A stretch of 60,687 nucleotides of DNA, filler included, from Catajapyx aquilonaris (lineage: Eukaryota): NCBI GenBank assembly GCA_000934665.2. It is 2 parts of 2 records of this genome, joined end to end, with 100 filler letters (N's around TTAATTAATTAA, not from the genome) between each part and the next. Parts side by side here need not be neighbours in the genome. Positions count along the whole stretch, not along the records: positions 30,395 to 60,687 come from KZ539190.1; 1 more part is not named here. One strand, 5' to 3'. The translations under genes and the position numbers were made by a program. Numbering within the stretch: the first letter of the stretch is position 1; each line of letters opens with the position of its first letter. The notes below the pieces were generated by a model. The model was not told the DNA's origin. It ran no database searches and saw nothing but the letters and a program-made list of their open reading frames with translations. This document shows positions 33,325 to 47,469 of this stretch, one piece after another.

Positions 33325-35990
33325 GATCTGCAAGATGAATATTAGTCTACACGTCCACGAATAATAATTATTATTATGCGACCCACCAGCAGCTTATCTT
33401 CCCACAATTTGTTAACATTCTGTGAGGCAAATCTCATGAGATCCTCTGAACTCACCACACTGTGGCCAATAATCCCATCCTTGATAATAAGTGATCAGTG
33501 CGCATTACTCACGGGTATGGTATATGTACAGAGTACAGTACGCCCAAACACAGGGTGAGTCCTGGGAATGGTCTGGGGAGGGAATGTTCGTCCGGGACAG
33601 GATCCAGGTACGTTTTAATCCGGGAAATCACAACAAATTCCGTCTGATGAAGGGCGGCCACATTGCAAGTCACGTGTCTAGTCACGTGGGATTACGTAAC
33701 TGCAAATCTGCAACTCCAGGAGTGCCAATCTCGAAGAATATGAAAATATGCAAATGACCCGCTCTCATTTTTTAAAGCCTCGCTTCAAGACTTGCGAACC
33801 TTCGCCTGATATTGTATTCCTTCGATTTTCATAAAATACACAGAGCGACTTGGTCTGTTTGTGTGACGCAACGTGCTTGGAAAGACCCGCGGTAATAAAA
33901 TAATATGCCGCACAACGTACACCAGAATGATTACTTTTCTGGCCGTGGCCTATTTGGCACTTTTTGGCATCATAATGTACTGGGAGGGGACTGAGGACGG
34001 TGGCCTCTGCCCCTGGGGCAAAGCAGGACAATGATCACATCTTGTGGATATGCACAGGTGGGTCTTGAATGATTTCTGCGTTCTTGTCGGACATGAACTC
34101 ATTGCAACTTGCAAGTGATTCGGTTCATGCTACAGCCAGACCTCCTCCACCGCTGACTGCTGGAATTATTGATTATTGACCCCACATTTTTATGGATTCT
34201 GTGGAATCTTTGTGCATCTTGAATTAAAAGGACTGAATTGGATTGCAAGACTGGGTCAGCCCATAATGTATGTACCCTTACAGATTTGCAGAGAAAAGGG
34301 TTGCCTTTACTTTAATATTCTCAAAGTAAAAAAACATACAAAATGGAGCAGTTCAATATTTACATTCTTTCAAAATTCATACAAGGTAGGAAATGTCTGA
34401 AGTGGTCTGCTTCACCAATGGTTGGGACAGGGATGCACACCATGGCAGCGAGTCCTGGAATTAAAACATTCACTCGCGTTCATGCACACCATTCTACCAT
34501 GGTTCTACCACAATATTCCCTTCACCAGAATGACAAAAATTACGGACATAACATAGGAAATAATAATGAATAAAAAAACAAAATTACAGACAAAAATTGT
34601 CGCTATTAAAATAATGATCATTGTCTGTGTCCATGTATATGGATGCAGTGCTATAATACTGTAGTTGAATGCGAGGTAGAATTGCATTTATTCTTTAAAC
34701 TAAATGTTACTTTTCTTGGGAAAGATTCAACTCCTTTCATGCCAGTTGAACGCACCTTTTGTGTAATACTGTAAATTACCTTGCCATTATTGTGCTGTGA
34801 TGTACGTGTATGACGAACACTATAGGCAATGTGTGATGTTTAAAATTTGACTGCAATAATTAGAGTGAAACATGTGTCCATGAAAAAACATTGAGAATTT
34901 GTGTAACTTTGCCCAATGCTCATTTGATCCTGGCATGGGATTCCCAATATATTTTTGGATAATTGACACCTGCTCAATGTGTAAAAGTTACAAGGATAGC
35001 CTCTTCAGTGTGAACTAGTTTCACTGCATAACCACATCAGGCAATATTTTTAGCTTACCATTCTGATCTCAGTAGTCTTTTCCACGCATTTGAGTCAGGG
35101 TCAGATAAATTTTATTTACATTTATGGATCTGATTTGCATTAAGAAGTTACAGTTATATTTTTGCAAATCCTATTACAGGGTATGCAAGAAAGCACGATG
35201 ATCACAGGAACTCAAATCATGACTTTTGAAGTCAAAGGTGGGGTTCATAATATGGTTCGTAATGTAGCTTTAGGAGGGTAAAGGTGGTACTCCACATTGC
35301 ACCCATGATTGGTGCAAGTGAATGTTACACTGCAGGTTACTGGGAACGACGTGTCACTATGTAGGATAGTTTTGAAGACACCAATGCAGAACTATTATTC
35401 AACATTTAAACCAAATAGTTCACTTTAATTACATCGAAGTAGAAAACATACAAAATGAAATAGTTCAACAATACTGGTATTACCATTGTTTCAAAACTCA
35501 CACAGAGTGAGATAACAGTCTATTACAAAATAACTGAAGCATTTCTTTTCTCTCCTCCATAAATAAACTCCACATATGCATTGACTCCACATCATGGTGG
35601 CTCCACATATTGAGAAATGATTGGCCACCTCAGGTGTAGTAATGAAAAACTTTGTCTGATTATTTTCAGTTACTACACAATGGCCAATGGCCCATATAGC
35701 CAGTTTTACGCATTCAGAGTATTTAATTCTTGCATAGTCTTACCTCTACCACCACAACACTACCAGGCAACGCCTGGTTACTTGATAGTAGGCAGAATTG
35801 TCGCCCTTCACTGACAGGAACAAAAAAATAACTAGACGAGAGATGAGTAGGTTCTTAAGAGCTGCAGCAACCTGCTCATTTAAAGAAAGAATGCATATGA
35901 TCACTTAAAATTATACTGCACTGTTCCATTTGTAATGTAACAGTAGTTCAAATATTACAAAGCACTTCCATTTTCCTCTGGTTACTAGGC

Positions 35991-37484
35991 CTAGTCACCA
36001 TTTAAATCAGCATTATTGGGAAAAGAGTCATTGACAGAGAAGTGCATATCATATCGCTGAAGCTGATTGGACAATTCATCATGGAATTCAGGTGAAAGAA
36101 TCAGCTCAGTACTACTCAAGTCAACCCTTTCCAAACACTCTCCACATGAATCCAAAATGATTGGAATCACTTCCCTTTTCACACTGTTGTCACACACCAA
36201 GAGTGTACACAACTCCTTCAGGTCGGCATTACGGAGAAGTTCATAAACACAGGATTCGACAGATGTGTTATACACTTTAAGACTCTTCAGTTTGCCACAA
36301 AAGGGAATGATATATCTCACTTGTTGCACTGGCACATTGATAAGTTCCAAATGTTCTAGTGCTGGAGTTCCAGCATGTGGCACTTTACATGGAAGAGAAT
36401 GTGCAATGTATGCACCATCCAATAGCTCAAGGGACTTTAGATTGGGAAAAATCTCCATGATTCCTGCCACATTAATGCCTGAGCAATTAAAGATTATCAG
36501 GGACAGAAGATTTTGGTATGAGACATTCATGTTTTGTCTGAAGAGCAAGTCAAGGTCAGTAATATCGTACAAGATTAATTTCTGGAGACCAAACATGCAC
36601 TTGGCCATCAGGCAAAGGAGGTTTGAAGATGCCTCATATTGGATTTGTAAGCTCTTCAGATTGGGTAGTTCACTAATCATATTTACATGCACACTGTTAC
36701 CCGTGAGCAGGGAGAGCTTCTCAAGGTGTGGAAAATGGGTTACAACCTTTTGCACAGAACCAGTATCACGCACGTACAGCTCAGCTACAAAGTCCTTCAA
36801 CTTATAAGAACGTTTGCACAGTGTAAGAAGTGTATGGATACAGATACTCCTCATCTGCAATACCTCCAGATTGGGGAGATGGTCAAGAAGGTGTATTGCT
36901 ACCTCAGGCTTCATGAAAGGAACAAGGATCTTCTTCAGGTGCTTGCATTTTGAAAGATGCAGTAATGTGGATGGGTTAGTATGACACTCAGCCACTTGTA
37001 AGTCATCATATATTACAATATCCTCCAACTGTGGACAGTTTTCAACAACCTGTTTCAAGAGCTGTGGTTTGGTACCTAATGAAACCTTAATTGAGCGCAG
37101 GTTATTCAATTTGGGGAATGAAGTATCTTGCCATTTATCTTTCCATGGCAGCCATAAATTAACTGTAGGTTCAATAGTGATCAGATCACTCATGACATGA
37201 AGACCACGTAAGATCTGGTCAGGCCACCTAGTAAAAAATTCACTAATCACCGTGCATTTGGGATGAAAAGCACTAGTAAAGTCAAAGCAATCACTCCTCT
37301 TTGAACAAATCCTAAGGACCTCACCGACGTACTCATTTGCAAATGTATTTGGGATGTCCCGCACATATTGTTGAATCTCTTCCTGCTGTCTGCCGCGACT
37401 CTCTTCGCACGAATCCACTACGAGCTGGGCCACGGCACGCAGGCTCGAGGCACGGAGAGTGGGAGGCTGCTTTCTCCTTGGCAT
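35991..37484 (-). CDS. Intronless RNI-like LRR protein, copy 2 (tandem paralogue)
   Basis: 497-aa ORF collinear with copy 1; 5' and 3' flanks also duplicated (33480-33700 vs 37650-37860; 31490-31824 vs 35660-35990). Confidence 0.85.
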   Translation of the reverse strand: MPRRKQPPTLRASSLRAVAQLVVDSCEESRGRQQEEIQQYVRDIPNTFANEYVGEVLRICSKRSDCFDFTSAFHPKCTVISEFFTRWPDQILRGLHVMSDLITIEPTVNLWLPWKDKWQDTSFPKLNNLRSIKVSLGTKPQLLKQVVENCPQLEDIVIYDDLQVAECHTNPSTLLHLSKCKHLKKILVPFMKPEVAIHLLDHLPNLEVLQMRSICIHTLLTLCKRSYKLKDFVAELYVRDTGSVQKVVTHFPHLEKLSLLTGNSVHVNMISELPNLKSLQIQYEASSNLLCLMAKCMFGLQKLILYDITDLDLLFRQNMNVSYQNLLSLIIFNCSGINVAGIMEIFPNLKSLELLDGAYIAHSLPCKVPHAGTPALEHLELINVPVQQVRYIIPFCGKLKSLKVYNTSVESCVYELLRNADLKELCTLLVCDNSVKREVIPIILDSCGECLERVDLSSTELILSPEFHDELSNQLQRYDMHFSVNDSFPNNADLNGD

Positions 37485-39210
37485 GATCTGAAAGACGAAT
37501 GAAATGTTTCAGTATTTTATAATATTTCCACAACTAATTACACGCCACTGGCCATGCAAAACTCCTTTCCATAGCGTATGAGCATTATGTTACCCAAATA
37601 CCATGACACTTTTGAACTTATTTCCATGCGGGGCAGATGAATAACCTCATGCTTGATAATAAGTGATCAGTGTGCATCCAGTCATACTCACAGGTAGGTA
37701 CTCTACGAGCAAACACAGGGCGAGACTGAGAGTGAGGGAGTCCTGGTAATAGTCTAGGCGGGGAAATGTTGCCCGGGATCCAAAACCTGGTCCGTTTTAA
37801 TCCGGGAATCACAACAGATTCCGTCGGATGGGGGCGGCCATCTTGAAAGTCACGTGACTGAAATACCAAGTGGTGCCAATAGAAGTATTTTCAGTATTTC
37901 CACGTGCCTCCTTTTTTAAAGCTGTTTATATGAAATCAAAGCGGTGTGTATCTATAATATCCTGATGTGTCGTGGGCATGCCGAAGAACTAAAATTCCAA
38001 ATCGAATTAGGGCGGGTTTGAGTCATATCTTCTGTACTGTACTGTACGTATACAGTAGCATGCAGCATTTTTCATGCCATAATTATCTCCTGGCCAAGTT
38101 CGAGCATCGATCATTCAGGGCAACACGTAAGCAAGTGCAAGGTCTTTGCCTCGATTATCTCAAAGCTGATTTTGTGGATTTGGGGGGTTTCACGTGTTTG
38201 CCCATGACATAATTTTATGTTCTCATTTATTTCACATTATTCTTTGACCCTACGTTTTATCCCCACCCCAATCAACATATTCTTCCAACAATAATAATAT
38301 CATACCATTACCATACTACTCGTACAATTATGTGCGTGGCGGCTTTATCCTGCTAAACTTGCTACAGTGACACTTTTCAGAGGTGTATATGTTATGCCGG
38401 ACTTATAATTATTGTTGTACATGCTATCAATAATTACCGGAATGGTAAGATGTGATTATATGATGATGTCAACCTAAAGTGAAAACAATTTATTACAATG
38501 AGTCTATAACTTTTATCGGCTGGTGTAGCCATGGTCTAACACCAGTGCGAACATTGCATTTTATTAAAGAAGGCGACTTCAATAATAAAATTCCATTTAT
38601 GCTCTACAGCAGGGGTTCCCAACCAGGGGTACAAGGTGGCCCTCCTGGGGGTACGGAGCTAAAGTACCCCTGAGTCCAAATCGAGTAATTTGGGCACAGC
38701 ACAGCCCATATGTGGCTTGCACAAAGGAATATACGAGAATCTGGATTTTAATCGAAAAAATACTTAATTTTCTCTCACGTCATCAGCATATCAGAGTGTT
38801 CACTCTAATATAGGGCTACTCAAAGTTAAAAAAAAATGACAATATAAAACATTTCAACAGTAGCATTCCTTCCCAAATTCACATAGAGAACCAAACTAGT
38901 CAACTACAAATCAATAATTGAAGCTGCTTCTTAAGACATTTGTTACATCAGAGAGGCATTGGTTATCTGGAATACGCTCTATATTGGTACAAAACACATG
39001 GTCAGTTCATCCCAGCACAACTCATTGAAATGTCATGTTTTGCCCTTCACTGACATAATAAGCAATATACTGTATCAGGAGCTAGCTCTTGACTGTATGT
39101 ATTACAGTTTTAGAGGAACTGAGTCAGATCCCAAGAGCTAAAGGGAACCTTTCTCATTTAAAAGAGCAAATATATTATTCCAGCAGGCAGTTTTATGAAA
39201 CGCAAAGATA

Positions 39211-39285
39211 CAAATCTTCCAAAATCCGAAATCCGAAACACTTCTGCTCCCAAGCATTTCGGATAAAGGATTCTCAAAACCTGTA
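39211..39285. mobile_element. Solo pogo/Tigger-type terminal inverted repeat (Tigger4/MER46-like)
   Basis: Reverse complement TA|CAGGTTTTGAGAATCCTTTATCCGAAATGCTTGGGAGCAGAAGTGTTTCGGATTTCGGATTTTGGAA; similarity to Tigger4 is from memory. Confidence 0.65.
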
Positions 39286-41299
39286 GTTACTTGGGTTGCG
39301 TCTTAAAATGTTCACTATAGGAGCATGATTTCGGAAAATCACTCAATTGGAGGATGTAAATCATGAGTGATAGGCTACAGCAGTTGAATAAGTATGTAGC
39401 CGGTAGACTCTTGAGAGTCGCTCATTGCTGCAGGTGCCTGCAATAAATGTATGGGTACATACGGCCTGCTTATGTTAGGACACTCTGAATCATGCGGTCA
39501 AAATGTTCGGATGACGCTTTATTATAAATTATAAATTAATTTTCATAATTTCAATTAAGTTATACTTGTTGATTCCCTCTGAGAAGAGCCTAATTTATTC
39601 TGCCTCAACACCTCTCAGCATGCATTTAATGCCAGAAATAATTGGAGTGAATTACCCCAATTTTGATATCACTATAATAATGCTGTACACTAATTCTACA
39701 ACAGCATGAAAAACTGGTTTAAACGTGATAAATATGTCGCTTTGACTAAATGCAAGGGACTCTCTATTCCCTAGAGTGTGTCTCCTGGGGACGTAATTCC
39801 AGTTGGTATATTGATTGACTATATACACATCATCAGAGAGAGACACGCGCTGAGCAGCTGATCATATGCAATGTCATTTGACCATGTCCATCACGGAGAG
39901 AGAAGACGTTTCTATAGCATTCCTGCTCTTCTCTGCGTCTTGCCATTGCAGCCTCGCAAAAACTACAACCAAAGATACGTCCGTTATCATCCATGGGGAT
40001 TGGCTAATGTCTATCACTGCCTGGAGAGTTTGTGCTGGGATTTAATTTGCATCATGTGAGAGGGGGGGGGCGGAAATTCAGCTGTCACACAGCAGGGGAT
40101 CAGTCATTTCTGGTGCAAACTTCTTCTGAGGCATGCTATGTGATTAGCGCTAATCACTTATTGATACAATATCGTGTTTGCAATAGCGATATGGCGTCTG
40201 AATGAGCGGATAAATGCGGCCATGGTACAGCCTTCATCAAGAATTCTAGGGCAGACCAAGAAAAAACAGTGGTGGCAAATGTATTTGAATGAAATTCCCC
40301 TTGACCTCGCTTCGGTTTTGCACATTTTTCCGATGAGTTTTGCGCGGCTGCCAATTTCAAGAGCAAGATATGTCACGAAGACAGTCAATCTTTCACAACC
40401 CTTTGAGCCTCTGACTAGTAGTATTTGAGGTCAAGGTCGAGGGCACATTTTTACTACAGTACACTGAAAGTATAACTCTGTAGCGATGTGCCATGGGTAT
40501 ATAATACACGGCTCTTTCTTACATAAATGAAGACAAAGGTCATAAAACCGTTTTAACTGCCGTTCTGCGTATTTTACGACTAATGAATTTTTAGAAGCAG
40601 CCGTAGATGACATAATCGATTATGAATTATTATGCAAATAAATACATATTCAATGACATTAATATGAAATAAATTACTCCGTCCTTTCCGAGGCATGCAC
40701 AGTTCCGGTAAAAGCTAATACCCCAGCTTGACAGTCATGCGATAATTTACGGCATTTGAGCAACGATTGCTGGTTCAAACATCACGTTCCTAATCTTGCT
40801 GTCAGCTCCCGGTGATGTGTCTCGACTCGCCTTTCAAGTGACATTTCGCCTTGAACAGTCTATCAACATAATTTTGTGTATAGCAAACTGGAATGTTATT
40901 CCTCCTCCCAAATGAAATTTTGTCCCAAATACATTTACCTGCACAAGTCATAGCCGAATCTGAGCTCCCGGATGAGGGTACTTCAACACCTTAATTAACT
41001 GACCAGATTTGAAACATTGAAATGACCCTCTATGTCTATTACATAAAGTGTTACGAAAAATTCCGCCGGTATTTCTATTCCGCGTTTTAACAGGTGTGAA
41101 GCATTAGGAAGCCGGATAAAAAAAATGACCTACATGCAGATTGCTAAGTGCACGATAATAAGACGATAACATCTTATGTCACTTTCACCCTGGTGATTCT
41201 ATATCAGGTAGATATACAGAGAGCAAGTAGGTGGAATTTCCTCTTCAGATTATGTATTTTCTAATCTAATATTCTGTGAGTGTCATTACGACACTAGAT

Positions 41300-41450
41300 G
41301 AAACAAGAAAAAAATTCGGCCCCTTCCATCTGCGGCCTTCAGAGATACTCTTCTAACCTCCTCCCTTGTCCTTTGGCCTCTCCACACATTTCTTTCGATG
41401 CCCCGAGGCCTGTTGTTGCCGCCCATCATTCCTGGAAGCATCTCGTCCTC
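41300..41450 (-). mobile_element. Possible decayed 3' end of an RTE-type LINE
   Basis: Minus frame reads MLPGMMGGNNRPRGIERNVW, resembling the G...G.RPRG..R..W C-terminal motif of RTE ORFs. Confidence 0.3.
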
Positions 41451-44400
41451 AAAAATTAACCAAGTGGACGTTGCCCAGAAACTTAAAACACGTGTTTACC
41501 TATATGCGTGATGGGCGAATCATGCCCTTTGATGGTCAAAATTCGACTAAAATTTACAGGATTTTTTGACCAAGGACTGATTATAACATTTCTGGCATGG
41601 GCAACATAGCAGCACAGTCGTGTCGCTTTGGCTGCAAGAGGGTCAAGACAGCTTTCAAAAATGGCAAGAGTTGTAGGCGGTACAGTCAGCTGCAAATTTC
41701 AAGCCACCCAAGTAAGCTCCATTTACAGGCCAAAACTGATGTGCTTGCTTAGCTTATTTTTAATTTGAATGAGAACTGAACCGGCGGATTACATGGTATT
41801 TATATGGAATTCTAAACTTTGCAGAGTATGAGTAAATTGATACAACTGGATTTATAGTGTTACATCATGTACTTGTTGTAGCGAATGGCATGCAAATATT
41901 TGCGTAAGTGAAAGTTAGTAAAAAAAATGTACAGTACGACATTGAATTTCGCTTCAATGCAACATTGTCTTGATTTTTTTTGTGAACGATGCGTAATGAA
42001 TAGACTCAGTAACCCATAATATTCTAGGTGTCGGTGTCATTATAAGAGGAACGATTGCTTTATCTGAAATCACATGTCAGTTTCATGCCCAGTTCAGATA
42101 TTGCACACCATAGTCGCACCAGTGTTATTTTCTATTTTTGTGACGTTTCCCCTCCATACTTATGAATACGTCCTCTACACAGATTAGACCTGAATGGAAT
42201 TAAATCCTAGGCACAATGGATGTGGACCTTTCGTCCTTCTGCTAAACTTTGCAGTACCTATATCAACATGGAAGCTGATTCCGACTAGTTTCGCGGCCTG
42301 TTTAGCAGCAAACAAGATCCGATATCTAATAATCTGCTCAACCTGCTATTTAAAATGCCAGCACGCATATATTACACCTGGAACGAACTGACCACGGATA
42401 ATATTCGTCGCGTGAATATGTAAGAGCCCGAGGTCGTTTAATCCCGAAGTATGCGTAGACTATCATCTCTGTTTTTATCCCTTACGAGCTGCCAATCCAG
42501 AGTGACTTGGCCCAGTAATATGTTATCAGCAGAGCTGCCTCTCCACATGTAACATACTAACAGGCGTGTGTGGAGAAAGCAATGCCGCGTTGGAGGGGGC
42601 GTTCCTCTCTCTCGGTTTCTTGATAAAACTTCGCACCCCCTTTCGGGAAAGGAACTAGTCCCTATTTGTCAGTCTCTCTCATCAAGTGCTCTTCTAGACA
42701 CGTGTGAGAATTGGACTTCCTCCGACCAACAACACTGTCGTTCGTTTCGTTTCTTATGTGTTTTTTTGACATTTTAAAAATTTGTTTTCTGGGTTCAGTT
42801 TGGAGTTGGGTCGGTTTATTGGGGAGGATTGTGTTACATCCTACGTTTTTTTGATACTTTTAATTTTATTGCTGGTTGTACAGGGCAACACTTGGTCCAC
42901 AACCCAACAGTGGGGACATGGAAAAATTTGAACACTGTTAACTTCCAAAAACCAGTTTAAAGAGAAGCAACAATCATGAGCGAATTGTTGTTTCTTTTTA
43001 AGCAGGTAGCTGGAATGAACAACCCTCAACTTTTTCCTTACCATCCTCTTGAACTGTGAAGTTGGGAAACTCTGGTCCACATGCAAGTTCTACTTATTGC
43101 TATTAATTTAATTATTTTCAATTTACCCCGGCTATACCAGGGAGTAGCCTACTTCCCACTAATAATCATAATTTATAGCCATGACTTTTTAAGTGCTGGC
43201 TGCACCACTTCCATTATATCAGAAGGCAATAATCTCCTCTTTATTACTTGTACAATTGCAACAATGTATAAACCAATAATAATTAAATAACAGGAAAAAA
43301 CCGCCAGCCAGGACTAAATAAATAATAAATTATCAACACTGTAATACGAGTCGTTAAAGTTTTACATACATTGACACAATCAGCCCATATATATTCTGAC
43401 TTGACATTTATTATATAGTTTTCACGAGCTGCCTTTACCGGAAGAAATATACCAATTGTTGCGAAAAAAAAGTGTTTGCTCGGTGAGACATATTTAATCT
43501 AGTGCTGTAGTTCCTTCAGAACCCAATTATATTATACAGCTTCTCATGCCATTTAAAAGGCACGATGAAGTTCATTTTTTAATTGGCCATTGAGGCCCAT
43601 AAAGTTTCAAAGCAAATAATGCGGCAGTGGTATATGCTTCCGTTTGGTTGCAACGCTGGGTGTTGTTCATGTGTAGCGGATATCGATAACCACAGAGTTG
43701 ATACGTATGCATCGGGGTTGACTGCTTCCTTGTTTGGAAACTGGCTAAAGTAGGACCCGGAGTTTCTTTTCAGGTTTTTTCACTACACGTTCACTTTTAA
43801 AATGTCAACGCACTGTCGCTATGACCTAATTAAACCTCATCCCATATCTCGTGGTTATCTATATCGCAATCCGTATAGTTGTAACCTATATATTGTGATA
43901 TAGCATTTTTTTTTTGCAAGGCCACGATAAACGTCTGGTTGCATATTGGTTTGAGATATACGGACTTGAACTGTCACTGTGCCAATATCTGCTTATCACC
44001 TTCTAACGTCAGAAACTGTCGAAGTAATGTGTGTATTCAGGGATTGGAAAGTGTTGCCTAACCATCAAATGCATACCGTATACTCTCCTGAAATGGGTCG
44101 ATGATTGGGTGCATATGTGTCTTTTGATTACATATCAAGGGCTGATATTGCAAGCCAATTTGTAAAAAATTAGAGTATGACACCGTGGTCTAGAGGCAAA
44201 GAACTGGGGTGCAACGACTTCATGATGAAAGACCCAACAACAAGAAGTTTTTTTTTTTTTTTTTGCAAACTGATTAGGAGCCCTTAGATCTGTAATTCCT
44301 TCATCAGACAGTGTCAATCCAAGGAAGGCCGGCAAAAAAAACCGATCCCAATTTGCTTTGGGACTGCAGCATCCTTTTTCTGGATATCTTCCAGCCGTGT

Positions 44401-47216
44401 TAATGAAAGGGTGAACTCAACATTATATCCAGTATGCGAAAATGGGTTGCGAAATGGGAGCACATCCTGCACGTCGTTATATATCGCGCTGCCTGATCAT
44501 TACGTAAACGACCTTCGACGTATGACGTGCCTCCGTCTTCATGCATACTGTGCCTTGTTAGTGATGTCATGGATGACGTATGGCCGTTAAATGGAAGTGG
44601 CCACCCAAAGTTGAGGGCCACCTCATTTATTTTGGCTGTGAATTGTCCTAGTAATGTCAATACATTATGTAATGCGTATTGTCGTTGATATAAGGGTGAA
44701 GGATGCACCCAAAAAGGAAGAGGGTTGCTTCGTCACGGTCACGGAGAAGTGTATGGGGTTCGGAAAACCAAACACGTGGAGGTTACAAAGTATGAGCTTG
44801 AATCAAATGAGATGGATGGGCTGGGCTCTCGGGATTTCACAATACAAAATAATAAGCTGTACCAGGCAGTTATAATGTGCGGGATGGTGTGCACTGCCCA
44901 ATAGTCATAGTGCAAGAAGTTGTTGCTCCCGACTTTTAAATTGTTGCACTATTTACGACATATGTCAGAAGAGTCTTCTGGGTCATATCCTTGTCGTAAT
45001 GTTTTCTTCGGAGTGTCTTAAGGATGACAGTGTTGCAAGAAAGGCATGCGGCGAGTGTGTGGGTAATGTGATGCTTTATAAAAACTCGTGGCAAGGAGTC
45101 GGTTACTTAAGAGCACTTAATTAACTGACAGACACCATTTGGTGACAACGGGATATGGCGCTCTTTTTTTTTATCCACTCGTTTCCTGCGGTAGGTCCGA
45201 GCTCGAACGAGGCCACGTTGGAATCGCGTGATTTGAAGCACAGTGGGTGTTACAAAAAATAAAATGAAGGAAGATCGTATGGCCCACGTGAATACACAGA
45301 ACCTATTTATAACGCGTCCTCTCTCCCTCACAGAGGCAGCAGAGGCAACTAGTAAACATTTCTAGGAAACAAGCACAAGATGTTTATGCCTTAGCACTCT
45401 TTATTCTAGAAGAAACCTTTTCGTGATAGCGTTTGCCAAACAGACCCAATTAAATTAAATGTCACCCGTATATTTGTGTCGATGCTATATACGTACATGG
45501 CTATTGCTCGGATATTGCTTAGCAGGCAAGGCAGTTCACCTCTGCACTCACTGTCAGTGGCTTTTTTCATATAGCAGCACACTCATTCAATAAATAATGT
45601 ACATTGCTTAAGATATGCCTTTGAACTACTGATGGAGAACGTGCAAAACACCACCGAGTGTCATGCATCCAGTCAGGCTGTAGGCCTATACTGCTGGGTA
45701 CCGGACCATAAATGATAAATATAAAGAAAGGAGAGCAACAGCATAATATATATTATGTCACAGTGATGAATATTGATTGGCATATATCAATGTTGTATGA
45801 GTACTCCGGCGAGTACACCTACGATTCAGAAGTTAATATTATAGTAACCGAGTATCACAAAGGCACTGTAAACAATTCGTAGAAAGGCTGTAGCTTCACG
45901 ATGAATATTAACAGATTGTTTTTTTCATAGCTAGCTGATAATATAATATGTACTGTTTTGTTTTAATATACTAGCTGAATTTAATGGCTGTAAAAAAGAC
46001 ACTAAATGCAAGCAGAATATCAATAACTCCTTTCACCGAATAAATAATCCGCTGTATGCAGAGCATCAGGCTATATTTTCCCCCTGTGTATCAGCTTATT
46101 CTGACAGCAATGTATGCATTGCCCTGAGGTGATATGCAATAAACATTAGGTTACGTAACAAATATTACGATAATGAAAAGGATGAGCTTCCCATATTACC
46201 GAACTGCTTTTGAACGCATGAGGGGAATGCTGACGAGGGGAAAATAAATTATATGTGGAAAGGAAGTTGTCTTGAGAGCGAGTATGCAAATCGATCTCTT
46301 AATCAGATGCAATTGTTTATTGCATTTTGTATCGAGCACTTTCATGCTAGAATTTATTGAGTACGGGAAGAATTAAACGAGCATTGAACCTCCTTAAAAT
46401 AAGTAAAGAAAGAAAGAAATAGCTGGCTCGCAGGTTATTATTGGCCATAACATAACTGAATATTGGGTAAAAAAAATTGTTCGTAAATTTTCGCTGATAC
46501 ACACTTTTGCCTCTTTTATGTAATGCACTAGAATTATTTTCTATACATACTGTAGGATTTAAAAACAAAACTTCCTCAAAGGGTGTGTCGGCAGTAAGTA
46601 TGTCTAATTGGACACTATAATATTGCCTCTAATTCACTGCAATTCCCAGCCATTACCCTCACAGCGGCTTATATCCAAACTGGAATCGTGACAGCACGTG
46701 CTACATACATGCCAGAGGCCCTATACATACATGAGCTAGGACAGGTAACCAACACGCAGACTCGATTTGAAACACGGACACGTTTCGCGCGCAAAAGCCT
46801 CGCTGTAATAAGGGCAAACCACAAAAGTGCTGATTCTCTGTACGCCTGCCTCAACCCCTGGGCCAATCACAGACTTTCTGGCTGGATCCGTGTCTATACC
46901 AACCTCCCCTCCACCCCTCCACCTTTTTTTTCCCAAAAAAAAAGAGTACCCCCTCCCCCACCTCCTAAACCCAAAAGAGGAGAGTGGGAGCATTTAAAAA
47001 CCCCGAAGCGGGACACGAATGGCCAGTGGTGTCCCAGACCAGGGGCGGACAAGGCCGAGGGCAACCCATGGTGGTGACCATCCCTTTGTTGTAGCCAGCT
47101 ACTGCCACACCCAACCACAGTCAAGCCAAGCCCAGCTGGGTCTCCGGATCGATAGGGTGAGATGCCCCGATCTAACATTACACACCCCCTTCAAATCATA
47201 TTCCCCCCCCCCCCCC

Positions 47217-47358
47217 NNNNNNNNNNNNNNNNNNNNNNNNNNNNNNNNNNNNNNNNNNNNNNNNNNNNNNNNNNNNNNNNNNNNNNNNNNNNNNNNNNNN
47301 NNNNNNNNNNNNNNNNNNNNNNNNNNNNNNNNNNNNNNNNNNNNNNNNNNNNNNNNNN
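47217..47358. other. Assembly gap flanked by poly-C and poly-G
   Basis: Run of N in the sequence. Confidence 0.95.
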
Positions 47359-47469
47359 GGGGGGGGGGGGGGGGGGGGGGGCAAACATTCGTGGTAGTGT
47401 AAACTGGACCTTTGACCTCAAGGTGTTGCCAGCAGCTGTAAGGACATTAGAAGGAAGCAGGCCCTTCAC

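Noticed and set aside
32084..36807. Antisense ORFs over the LRR genes (likewise over IR, integrin and GS exons)
   Set aside because: Shadows of sense-strand coding sequence.
38609..38675. hAT/Charlie-like end CAGGGGTTCCCAACC
   Set aside because: No partner TIR with a matching TSD was found; boundaries cannot be supported.
46688..47402. Pro/Gly-rich ORFs next to the gap
   Set aside because: Driven by homopolymer runs and Ns in low-quality sequence.
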